Assembly: GCA_918797485.1 (NCBI GenBank)
Contig: CAKKNE010000005.1
Span: 4,278,001-4,342,000 of the forward strand
Length of the DNA: 64,000 bases
Source: Pelagomonas calceolata
Taxonomy: Eukaryota
Direction of reading: 5' to 3'
Part shown: in pieces, positions 20,767 to 30,288 of the stretch
How positions within the stretch are numbered: position 1 is the first letter of the stretch
How the letters are laid out: the number at the start of each line of letters is the position of its first letter
Position numbers and translations under genes: made by a program
The notes under the pieces: generated by a model
The model's database searches: none
Seen by the model: only the letters and a program-made list of their open reading frames with translations
Told to the model about the DNA's origin: nothing

Positions 20767-20880
20767 TATGTGCCGCACGCGCACCACTGCCACCAGCCTG
20801 AGGTGTCGGAGCCGGCGTCCGAGCCGCCGGCCTGGACGGCGTTGTCGCGAGGGGTCTTGCGGCCCTTCGCCTAGTTATGT
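20715..20880 (+). repeat. Diverged tandem duplication of the last codons of PGS1
   Basis: 20715-20771 (PPAWTALLRFFLRPFA*) is repeated at 20823-20880 (PPAWTALSRGVLRPFA*). Confidence 0.85.
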
Positions 20881-20977
20881 CTGTTGTAAACTTACTTTCT
20901 ATGTACATATGGGACAGGAACGAGAGCGGGTATGTCGATATTCTTTCTTCTTTTTTTCTTTCTTGCGAATTGGACGG

Positions 20978-22444
20978 CTATACGTGTGGTACGGCCGTCG
21001 ATATGGCATGCGCGGCATCGCCCAAGCCGGCGGAGACGACCATGGTGGCGGCCCCGCTTCCGAGCGCGGACAAGCTATATCGGCCGCCGGGCAGGATCTC
21101 GTCGCCGGCTTCCGCGGCCTCGCGGTGTTTCCACGCGAGCAAGCACGGCAGCAGGCCGAACAGATACGTGTTCGCGTAGCCGCCCGTCAAACTGAGCAGC
21201 GGGAGGAACACGTTCGGCCCGGACAACGCCAGCGCGAGCGGCGGGAGGAAGCACGCCGCCGCGACGATGGCCTCGTTCGAGGAATCGTCGTCGTCATCGC
21301 CGCCGACGAGGCCGCGGATCTCCTCGAGCTGGCCGACCGCGGCGCCCGTGAAGGACGTCGCGACGGCGGTCACCGAGAAGACGGCGAGCGCGGCGCAGGC
21401 CGGGCCGCGCAGTTCGTCGGGCAGGCCCCGCGCGGCGTCGAGCAGTTCGCCGGGCGCCGCGGCCTCGCCGGGCCGGCCCAGGACCGACGCGCAGAAGGCG
21501 ATGTAGGCGACGGCTGGTGCCGCGGAGCCCAGAACCACGGACTCGCGGATCTTTTCTGTATCACCTTTGAAGCGCTTCGCGATGATCGGCACGACGTTCT
21601 GGAAGACCAGCGCGCCCAGCAGGATCGGCGCCGCCGTCATCAGGGCACTGCCAGGTTCCGACGCCGTCCCAGGTTGGGCGAGTAGCGACAGGTCGACAGA
21701 CGGTGCTGCTAAGACGAGGAGCGCCCCCAACGCGCCGACCATGGCCACGACTAGTCCCGAGTTCGCGGCGTCGGCCAGAACTGATGGCGCTCCCGCGAGC
21801 AGTGTCGCCGCGAGGAAGAAGGCGATTCGGTGGCCGACGTAGCCGTCCGCGCTGCCCAAAGCGTCGCCGCCCGCGGCGACGTAGGCGCCCATGAGCATCA
21901 GATTCGTGACAACGAAGAACGCGCTCGTGAGCTGCGCGCCGCTCTCGCCGAGGGCGTCGCGGCTCAGCGCGCGCAGCGAGACGTCCTCGTCGCCGCGGCG
22001 CACGGCCGCGGCCGCGACCTCGCCCAGGAGGAGCCCCGTGCCGACGTTCGCGGCCCACAGGCAGATCGTCAGCGCGGCCGCCGGGTAGAAGCCCGGCCCG
22101 GCGCAGACCGTCGGGATCGCGAGGATGCCGCCGCCGACCATGTTTCCTGCGGCTAGGGCGGCGGCGCCGAAGACGCCGCCGTCCGTCGCGGCGGCGTCCG
22201 GCTCGGCGTCGGGCGCCGCGGCGAGGCGGAGGCGCTGGGAGCGGGGTGCGGCGGCCGCGGCAGCGTGACCTGACCGACTCCGGTGAGCCAACGCGCTGTG
22301 TGCCGTGCGGGAGACGTCAGAATTTAACAAATTCGTTGCTCCAGTTTTTGTAAGGGTGAAGCGTCCGGAGACCGTCGTTCGTAGGGACATGACATTGTCG
22401 AATATCAGAAGGCTTATGAGCCAAACGAGACAGCGCGACGCCAT
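20978..22444 (-). CDS. Aromatic amino acid (Trp/Tyr) permease, TyrP-like, probably plastid-targeted
   Basis: FGAAALAAGNMVGGGILAIP, GLLLGEV, LVFQNVVPII, AVATSFTG. Signal peptide plus Ser/Thr/Arg-rich extension. Confidence 0.85.
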   Translation of the reverse strand: MASRCLVWLISLLIFDNVMSLRTTVSGRFTLTKTGATNLLNSDVSRTAHSALAHRSRSGHAAAAAAPRSQRLRLAAAPDAEPDAAATDGGVFGAAALAAGNMVGGGILAIPTVCAGPGFYPAAALTICLWAANVGTGLLLGEVAAAAVRRGDEDVSLRALSRDALGESGAQLTSAFFVVTNLMLMGAYVAAGGDALGSADGYVGHRIAFFLAATLLAGAPSVLADAANSGLVVAMVGALGALLVLAAPSVDLSLLAQPGTASEPGSALMTAAPILLGALVFQNVVPIIAKRFKGDTEKIRESVVLGSAAPAVAYIAFCASVLGRPGEAAAPGELLDAARGLPDELRGPACAALAVFSVTAVATSFTGAAVGQLEEIRGLVGGDDDDDSSNEAIVAAACFLPPLALALSGPNVFLPLLSLTGGYANTYLFGLLPCLLAWKHREAAEAGDEILPGGRYSLSALGSGAATMVVSAGLGDAAHAISTAVPHV

Positions 22445-23166
22445 CTTGGCGCCGCTCAGCGGCCGCTATTTGGGCAGCGCTGCTGGTATGACAAGAAATG
22501 CCTACTAGCTTCGCCAGATCAGTCCGCCCATTGCTAGACACGTTCCCGACGCGTATCTCAGCGCCAGGAAGCAAAGAGCAGAAGTGGAGGTCATTCTGTC
22601 ATTATCGCGCGCGGTAGGCGCGTTTACTCAGGAGCCTTCAGATCTCGCACCGCCCGTCCTTCACACCAGTCGAGTACGCGAGCGAACGTCCCAGTGCCAC
22701 GAGCGGCGCCGGGCGCGCGATCCCGAACCTTCTCTCATGAGCGTCGCGCACCGTCCGCGCCTACGGTATGGCCCTGCAAGACTCGACCAAGACCACGCGG
22801 AGCCAGGCAGGCTTCCTCGTGGGCGGCGGAGAGCAGTCAGAGGGCTGCTTCGAGCCATAGGCGGCGCACCAATGAGACTCGACCCTCGAAGACTTTCAAT
22901 TTACGCCGGCCTGCTCGTTCAATTTTGTGGCTGCTAACGAGGCGCACAGATCACCTCCTGCCCTAGCACTTGACACAGCGCTTCAGCTACCTTAAACCGC
23001 GCGCTGCAGCAAGTTTCCCCGCTGCGCCGCACGATAAACACGCTGCGCTGCTTTCAAAAGCACCTCAAACCGCACAGCGCATAGCGCGCGCCGGCCGCCT
23101 CTATAGCGCCGCAAAACCCCCCACCCTTGCCGCGGCCAACCCCCGCGCCCGCGCCAGCAAAAAAAA

Positions 23167-24261
23167 ATGGTCCGCACGCGCCGCGGCGCGACGACCGGCG
23201 AGGCGGACGACAACGCGAGCGACGGCGACGTCGAGATCTTCGACGAGCGGCCGCCGGCGCCGCCGCCGCGGCCGCGGCCCGCCGCCGGCCGCGGCCGCCA
23301 GGCCTTTGGGGCCGTCGACCCGAACCAGGGCCGAAAAAGGAAGGCGCGGCCGCCGCCCGACCAAAGAGACGATAAGAGGCCCAAGAAGCAGAGGGAGACG
23401 GTGCCCTACGATGTCGATGTCGACAACGCCCACGACGAGCAGCAAGTTACCGAATATGTGGTGGACCTCTACAAGCACTACAAGTCCGTGGAAAGTACGT
23501 GGCCCATCGAGGCGTACATCGAGTTCCAGCAGGACATCAACGCCAAGATGCGCGCCGTTTTAGTCGATTGGCTCGTCGAGGTCCACCTCAAGTTCAAGAT
23601 GCTCCAGCCCACGCTGTATCTCACGGTCCAGATCATCGACCGCTACTTGTCGTCAAAGCAGATCCACCGCAAGAAGCTCCAGCTGCTCGGCGTGTCCGCT
23701 TTATTTGTAGCCTGCAAGTACGAGGAGATCTACCCGCCCGAGGTCGCCGACTTCACGTACATTACTGATCATGCTTATGCCGCCGAAGAGGTCCTGGACA
23801 TGGAGATGAAGATTTTGTTGGAGCTCGACTGGAAGATCACGGCGCCGAACGCGCACCTGTGGATCGAGCGCTTGTGTGCCGTGTCTAGGGCTTCCTCGCG
23901 CGTCAAGCACCGCGCCGAGTACTACTCGCAGCGGACGTTGCAGGAGTACGCCCTGCTCGACTTCAAGCCGTCGCAAATTGCGGCGGCGGCCGTCCACTTG
24001 TCGCTGGTCGCCGAGGCGCGGGAGAACCGTGATAATAGGGAGTGCTGGCCGCGGCCGTGCGAGCGGCTGACGGGCTACACGCAGCTCGAGCTCTACGCCT
24101 GCGCCAAGGCCATCTCCTTCCACGTGAACGGCGGCGTCGACTCCAAAAGGAGGTTGGTAGCGTGCAAGAAGAAGTTCGGCCGCCACGACTTCGCCGAGGT
24201 TTCTTCATCAGGCAAGTGCCCGGTGCTGAAGCGGCCGCGCGAGCTGGCGCTGGAGTCGTAG
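23167..24261 (+). CDS. Mitotic A/B-type cyclin
   Basis: Cyclin box MRAVLVDWLVEVH; KLQLLGVSALFVACKYEEIYPP; D-box-like RQAFGAVDPN. Confidence 0.95.
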   Translation: MVRTRRGATTGEADDNASDGDVEIFDERPPAPPPRPRPAAGRGRQAFGAVDPNQGRKRKARPPPDQRDDKRPKKQRETVPYDVDVDNAHDEQQVTEYVVDLYKHYKSVESTWPIEAYIEFQQDINAKMRAVLVDWLVEVHLKFKMLQPTLYLTVQIIDRYLSSKQIHRKKLQLLGVSALFVACKYEEIYPPEVADFTYITDHAYAAEEVLDMEMKILLELDWKITAPNAHLWIERLCAVSRASSRVKHRAEYYSQRTLQEYALLDFKPSQIAAAAVHLSLVAEARENRDNRECWPRPCERLTGYTQLELYACAKAISFHVNGGVDSKRRLVACKKKFGRHDFAEVSSSGKCPVLKRPRELALES

Positions 24262-24639
24262 TGGTGCCCGGTCGCTTCGCCTAACTCACGTTTAGTGTTA
24301 TTCGCTCGCGTCGACGGCGTCGGGGCGTCCTTGGTCCGCGGCGCGCGGGCGCGATTTGCACTCCGCCAGTTACGTTCGCTGTCTTGAGAGTCGTACAGAG
24401 TCGTCCAGGGACGCATCCCGAGGCGTGCGTCGCAGCCGCCGCCCCGAACGCCAGATTTCCTCAGCTGTCCCACACCTTGGCCGCATCCATCTCGGACGCG
24501 CCGCGACGCCCAATCGGCAGCCCGGCGCGCGCAAGCGACGCATTAGTGTGTACATTGCTGCCTCGGAGCAGCAGTGATAAGCAGTGTAGCTGCCCCCAGC
24601 ATCTGCCATCGAGGAGGGGAGCAGCACAGCAGCAGCAGC

Positions 24640-26331
24640 ATGTCGTCGAAGGAGACCGAGGGCCTCCTGGCCGGCTCGGTCGAGCAGGCCTACCTCGAGA
24701 ATCGGAGCGCGGGCGGCAAGCGGCGGACGGAAGCGCTCGGGGCCCTGCAGGCCATGTACGTCTTCCAGTTCTGCGGGAGTCTCGCGTACGGCATGTGGGC
24801 CGTGATCTCGCCCTATTTCCTCGAGGCGCGCGGTTACAGCACCGTCGGAGCGGCGAACATGTACACGATGGCCTGGGTGGCCTACAACGTCGGCCAGATC
24901 ATCATGAGCCCGATCGCGGGAGACATCGCGGATGGCCACGGGAGACGACCGGTCTTCCTCGCGAGCGCGTTCGTGGTCACGATTTTCTTCCTGACCTTTG
25001 TGTATCCGGCCTCCTGGTGGTGGATCACGGGGTCGTTCTTCCAGGGCGCCGCCGACGTGTCGTGGGGCCTGGCTAACGCTGTCGTCGTCGATTGCGTCGG
25101 GCAGGGCGTCGTGCCCGGCGGCGCCGAGGACTGGGCGCCGATCCGCGCGTTCCGCGCCGTCGCCACGGGCCTGCGCCACGACACGCTCGACGACAACGTG
25201 CGGCAGGAGCTCGCCGTCGCGATGGAGAGCGTCTGGATCCTGGGCGGCGCCGGGGCGCTCGTCGGCTCCGCCTTGGCGTACCCTGTGTGGACCTACTTTA
25301 ACGATGGCGCGGCCATGGCCTTCCCGGGCGTTTTTTATGCCACACTCTTGTGGTTCGCGTACGAAAAATTCCCGGAGACGAGACCCGACCAGGCCGCGGC
25401 GCAGCGCCTCGACTCACCCGCGGCCGTCGGCGCGGCAATAAGGGACGGCATTGCGTCGCAAGCGGAGGCGATTCCGCTCGTATTGAGGGATAGAAGAGCG
25501 GCGTGGCTTGTCGGCAGCTATTTCACTCTGTACGTCGTGATGACGGGCCTGCTCAACATTGGGATTTATTGGGGCCAGGCGACGTTTGGCTGGGGCATCG
25601 AGTCCGGCACGGTGTTTACTTGTTTGTCCATCGCGGCGCCGTTCGTCGGCGCCGTCGCGGCCTCAGCAGCATTATTTCCCTCGTCGCTGCGCTACGCGCG
25701 GTCCGTCGCGCTCCTCCTCGCGCTGTCGATCGTCGGCTCCCTCGCGGTGGGCTTCCTCGACGACTCGGCCGCGGCGCTCACTCTGGTGCCCCTCGCGACG
25801 GTGGGCTGGGGCGTCTTCCCGACGCTCACGGCGCTACTGACGCCCGAGGCGTCCGGCGACCAGCAGGGGCACTTGCAGGGCACGCTCCTGTGTGGAAATC
25901 AAATTTCGGGCGCCCCACGCCATCGGCGCGATGCTGTCTCCGTAGCTGCGTCTGCTCGACGGCGTGGAGTTTCCAGGCCATCGACGCGACGTATCCCCGT
26001 GAACGCGTCGGCTCGATGGCGTGGAGGTTCACGAAGGTCCACGCAATATTACTCAGGATAACCTAACTCACTGGTTGATTTCAACACAGGCGCGCTCTGG
26101 GCGACGACGAACGTCGGCGGCCTGGTCGGGCTAGGGCTCTACTTGTTAGTCTACAACGCCACGGCTGGTGCCGCGCCGCCGACTGGCAGCGCGGTCTGGC
26201 TACTGTCTGCCGGGGGCATGGCCATCGCGGCGTTGTGCGCGCTCGCGGCCGGTGAACCGGAGCAAGAGGCGTTCTCGCTCGTCAAATTCGTACGGTCGGG
26301 GCGCGTATCCGTGCCGGACGCGAATATATAA
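24640..26331 (+). CDS. MFS transporter (TetA/SLC46-like); intron 25880-26089
   Basis: Motif A GDIADGHGRRPV, multiple TM segments. Splicing gives QQGHLQG|ALWATTNVGGLVGLGLY and continues into ORF 26143-26331. Confidence 0.85.
25880..26097 (+). mobile_element. Intact introner element: 210-bp GC-AG intron with TIRs and 8-bp TSD
   Basis: TIR CTGTGTGGAAATCAA (from 25888) / TTGATTTCAACACAG (to 26089), 1 mismatch. TSD GCACGCTC (25880-25887) / GCGCGCTC (26090-26097). Branch-like CCTAAC at 26062. Removal restores the frame. Confidence 0.92.
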
Positions 26332-26399
26332 CAATTCATTAACAGTATTCAACCTCGGTCTCTTGCTCGGTCCTGTAGACCTCTCATTTTGAGACTTTG

Positions 26400-26423
26400 G
26401 CTAGTGTCTTACAGGCCGCTAGA
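26400..26423 (+). promoter_or_regulatory. Recurrent upstream CTAG-flanked motif, copy 5
   Basis: GCTAGTGTCTTACAGGCCGCTAGA, about 200 nt before ATG 26622. Confidence 0.7.
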
Positions 26424-26621
26424 TAACATGCTCTGCGCCGTAAAAAAGCTAGCCTAGATTGACAGTCTGGCCCTCATCTTCACCATTTAGATCCTCAAAG
26501 GCCGATCTGTGCAGCGGAGGCGACATCTCGCAGCGCCTCGCAGCCGAAACTCTAATCTGGGCCACTGCATCTTCAAGGAGCTTTCGACAGAGAAACAACC
26601 AGCGGCGCGAAGTCACAGATC

Positions 26622-27851
26622 ATGAGCGAACCCACACCAGAAACGCAACCAAAACTACTGCGCCAGACGTGCCTCGCGTGCCGGCAGAGCAAGGTCAAAT
26701 GCGACCGCGCCTCGCCGGCGTGCGGCCGCTGCGTCCGCCTCGGCATTGCGTGTATTGATTCGGCGCCGTCGCGGCGCGGCCGCGGCCGCTCGGTCGGCAA
26801 GAAGACGGCCGCGCTCCAGCAGCTCTCGGGCAGCGCCCTGGACTCCGTGAAGAGCGGTCCGGACCACACGACGCGAGATATACAAGATACGGCGACGCGC
26901 GGCGGCGCCGTCTCGATCGAGCACGTGCGCGAGTGGCTCCTCGTCGCATTGGCGCGAGACTCCTCGACGCTCTTCGCGCGGGCCTCGCTCATGGCGTCCC
27001 AGGGAAAACTCAAGCTCTCGGACGTCTTCGCCGTGCCCGCCGTGAACGGCGCCTGCTGCGCGGTGCGATCCGAATGCTGCGCGTTCCACGAGCGGCTCCC
27101 GCCCGGTAATCCCTTCTCGCGGCGCTTTGCGGGACCAGCACCGGTGACGCCGCAGCTCTCGCCGGAGCACCCGCCGTCGACGCTGGACGGCGACGGTGTT
27201 GACCCCCCTGCGACCAAACGCGCGCGGGCGGGCCCGATCCCCGACGCGCCGACGGCGAGGGCGGTCGGCACCGACACGCGCGCCGACGACGCTGCCGCGC
27301 AAGCCGCCGAGGCGCTCGCTTCGAGCTTTCCGGTCGCGCTGCCGAACGCGGCGAAGGCGCTACTGAGAACTGCGTATAACGAGACGTATGTGTGGTTCCG
27401 CGTGTGCGTCGACGGTGCGATCAGCTTTGGCGCCTCGGCGGCCTTCGATCACCAGATCTGTAGCCGTCAAGCGATGGCCGCGCACTTTTCGCTGAACACC
27501 ACGCCGGTGCCGTCGCTATACCACGACGCGGCGGGCCTCGGCAGTCACGCGGACGCCATCGGTCGGCTCCACGCCGAGCTCGCCCTCAAATCACGCGCCG
27601 CGCCGGGCTCGAAACATATCGACTGCACGACGAAGATGGGTCGTACGATGCTGAAAGGACGGACTGGCGACATTCCGTGCGATGTCGAGCTCTCGCTCAG
27701 CGTGTACCACGGCGGCCGCATCACGGTCATCGCCCAGGTCTACCACCCGCTCTCCGAAGCGGACCGGCCCGTCTGCCCGGCCACCGCCCACAGCAAGGAC
27801 GCGCCGCTCTTCGACGAGGACCAGCTCTATACCCTCGCCGAGCTCATCTGA
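26622..27851 (+). CDS. Zn(II)2Cys6 binuclear-cluster (GAL4-type) transcription factor
   Basis: CLACRQSKVKCDRASPACGRCVRLGIAC = C-x2-C-x6-C-x6-C-x2-C-x6-C, followed by basic RRGRGR. Confidence 0.9.
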   Translation: MSEPTPETQPKLLRQTCLACRQSKVKCDRASPACGRCVRLGIACIDSAPSRRGRGRSVGKKTAALQQLSGSALDSVKSGPDHTTRDIQDTATRGGAVSIEHVREWLLVALARDSSTLFARASLMASQGKLKLSDVFAVPAVNGACCAVRSECCAFHERLPPGNPFSRRFAGPAPVTPQLSPEHPPSTLDGDGVDPPATKRARAGPIPDAPTARAVGTDTRADDAAAQAAEALASSFPVALPNAAKALLRTAYNETYVWFRVCVDGAISFGASAAFDHQICSRQAMAAHFSLNTTPVPSLYHDAAGLGSHADAIGRLHAELALKSRAAPGSKHIDCTTKMGRTMLKGRTGDIPCDVELSLSVYHGGRITVIAQVYHPLSEADRPVCPATAHSKDAPLFDEDQLYTLAELI

Positions 27852-27920
27852 TTCTGCGCCGCCGTTCCTCCTTTGAGAAGGCGTGGTCTCCCCTTGTGCC
27901 CTAAGTATACTGACAAAATC

Positions 27921-28917
27921 TTAGAGCCCCTCGATGTCCGCGAGGATCGCTCGCTCCGCCGCCGAGAGCTCTCCGTCGTCGACGGACTCGTCCTCGGCCT
28001 CGGCGCTGCTCACGACGGCGCCGCTCATGTCGTATTCGACGACCTCGCCCGTCCAGGGGTCCGCGTGGCGCCCGTCGACGGTGCGCGGCGACGGCGGATT
28101 CACCCAGTAGCTCCCCGGCGTGTACAAATCATCGAACGTGACGGCGTCCCAGTCATCGTCGAGCTCGTCGAATAATACGTCCGCGGCGCCTGAGATCAAT
28201 CAGTGAGTCGTAATACTCTCTATGCCATCGAGCGGATGCATTTTGAAGTTTGATTCGTGCGCCGCGCCGCGCCGTCGAGTGTCACCTCGGCCTCGGAGCA
28301 CAAGCCTACTACCCTCATCCCGGCGCTCCGCCCCGCGATCGCCGCCGCGCGGCTCGGCGCGATGACGACGCACCGCGCCGGGAGCGGCTCGCGCTCCGGC
28401 ATCTTCCGGCCCCGCGTGCCTGTGGGGATTATCGGGTGGTGAGTGACGTCCAGAATCGCCACAGACGCCATCGACGCGACGCCTCCTCTGAGGACACCGC
28501 ACGCGTGCCGCCGGCGCCACCCATGCCGCCGCCGAAGCCATCTGGCTCGATTTCTATCGACGCGCGCGCGTCTTGCAGTGCTTGGGGGCAGGGTAAGGAA
28601 GGCGCGTTTGGCCAGGGCGTCGGTTTTAGGTCACCGACCGGCTTCGGGTCATCCTCGCAGATCCACAGCGACGGCGTCCCCGCGTCCGCGGCTTCAGCAA
28701 CCAGGCGCTCGACGCCCGGCCGCGCGCTGCCGTCGGTCCAGCGCGCGGCGTTGGCAGTCACGAAGAGGAGCAGCTCGGGGCGGTCCTGGTTGCGCAGCAT
28801 CGTTGGCCTCTTTGGTTGGCGATTCTTCCTCCGTAAGAGTTTCCGCAAGTGGACCCGACGAGGGCTGAAATTGAGGCTGTTGGCGCATGCGATGAGTAAC
28901 AGGGCGGGTGGCCGCAT
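27921..28917 (-). CDS. Degenerate HAD-like hydrolase-fold protein with signal/transit peptide; introns 28420-28508 and 28190-28272
   Basis: Three ORF-track pieces join in frame after removing two GC-AG introns: ..GGAG|GTRGRKMPEREPLPARCVVIAPSRAAAIAGRSAGMRVVGL..TLD|GAADVLFDEL. ARPGVERL and AGMRVVGL are HAD-like. Confidence 0.75.
28182..28272 (-). mobile_element. 83-bp GC-AG intron, eroded introner with 8-bp TSD
   Basis: TSD GCGCGGCG / GCGCCGCG (7/8). Internal GCTCGATGGCATAGAG. 3' end ACTCACTGATTGATCTCAG. Confidence 0.75.
28412..28508 (-). mobile_element. 89-bp GC-AG intron, eroded introner with 8-bp TSD
   Basis: TSD GCACGCGT / GCACGCGG (7/8). Exact core ACGCCATCGACGCGACG at 28465-28481. Ends ACTCAC..CCCCACAG. 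Confidence 0.8.
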
Positions 28918-29571
28918 TGCTGAAGGGCAGCCTCCAAACACGTCGGCAGCGCGAGATGACAAGCGGCCGAGCGAGATACAGCCAAGAACTTGCTAGAATC
29001 AATTCGTTTCTGATCTGTGGTGCGCCGCAAGCGCCCCAGGGTGTCAGAGCCTGTTGTTGCAAAAACGTCTGGCGCGCGGGTTTTCAACGAGTTTGCGCAG
29101 GAGTACTGGCCTAGGCGTAATGCAGGACGTCTCCTCTGCGGATCTATGGATGCCATAAGCCCACGGCAGCCCCGCTCGGGGTCCCTATCGGACCGGCCAA
29201 AAGGCCGGACGCTGCCCTTGTGCATTTTCACCGGCTAAAACACCGTCCACCGTGCACCTTCAGCGCCATAAATCATCGTTTGCCTCCCGCGCGCTCTATA
29301 GCGAAAACTTTGCAGCAACGCGCGATATTGGCTGCCCTTGTGGCACGACTGGCTAGGCACCAATAGCAAATCGCTGCGAAGCAATCGTCTAGAGGCCGGC
29401 AAGCCACGCGAGCCGGCCTTCGTTGACCGTTCTTGCCCGCGCGCGGGGGGACACATCGTTAAACCCCCGTTTTTCTGACCGCCGCGACACGCGGACCACT
29501 ACATCGCGCAGGCAAACACTCAAGCAACCATAGGGTCGTGTAGCTCAAAGAAAGTAATCAACACCGCCACG

Positions 29572-30180
29572 ATGCCGAAACCGAAGATAGCGATCGTCTA
29601 CTACTCGATGTACGGCCACGTCCGCACGCTCGCGCTCGCGGAGAAGGAGGGCCTCGAGGCCGCCGGCTGCGAGGTGACCCTGCTCAAGGTTCCCGAAACG
29701 CTCTCGGACGAGGTCCTCGGAAAGATGGGGGCGCCGGGCGTCGGCCAGGCTGACGAGGAGGCGTCCGCGGCCAAGCTCGCCGACTACGACGGCTTCCTCT
29801 TCGGCCTCTCCGCGCGCTTCGGCATGGCGTCGGCCCAGGTCAAGGCCCTCCTCGACTCGACGGGGGGTTTGTGGCAAAGTGGAGCGCTCGTCGGCAAGCC
29901 CGCCGGCGTCTTCTTCTCCACGGGCACCCAGAACGGCGGCCAGGAGACGACGGCGCTCACCTTCGTCACGCAGCTCGCGCACCACGGCATGGTCTTCGTG
30001 CCCCTCGGCTACTCCACGCCCAAGCTCTTCGACCTGTCCGCCCCCCACGGCGGCTCGCCCTACGGCGCGGGCACGCTGGCCGGCCCCGACGGCTCGCGCC
30101 AGCCGTCCGCGCTCGAGAAGGACATCGCCGAGGCCCACGGCAAGCACTTCGGCACGATCGCCGCCAAGCTCGCGAAGTGA
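29572..30180 (+). CDS. wrbA: NAD(P)H:quinone oxidoreductase, flavodoxin-like WrbA family
   Basis: IVYYSMYGHV, LADYDGFLFG..RFG, DSTGGLW..GALVGKPAGVFFSTGTQNGGQETT, GGSPYGAGT. Confidence 0.95.
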   Translation: MPKPKIAIVYYSMYGHVRTLALAEKEGLEAAGCEVTLLKVPETLSDEVLGKMGAPGVGQADEEASAAKLADYDGFLFGLSARFGMASAQVKALLDSTGGLWQSGALVGKPAGVFFSTGTQNGGQETTALTFVTQLAHHGMVFVPLGYSTPKLFDLSAPHGGSPYGAGTLAGPDGSRQPSALEKDIAEAHGKHFGTIAAKLAK

Positions 30181-30288
30181 GCCGAGGCGCAGATCGACGC
30201 GCTCTGAGGAGGCGCTACGAAGATAACACCCCCTCCCCCAACCACCCCACGAGATTCTAATCTGGACAAAATATTTGAAAACCCTTAC

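Noticed and set aside
24305..24464. Possible introner relic in the cyclin-MFS spacer (CGCGTCGACGGCGT; ends GATTTCCTCAG)
   Set aside because: No TSD, no identifiable donor and only a partial motif; too weak to call.
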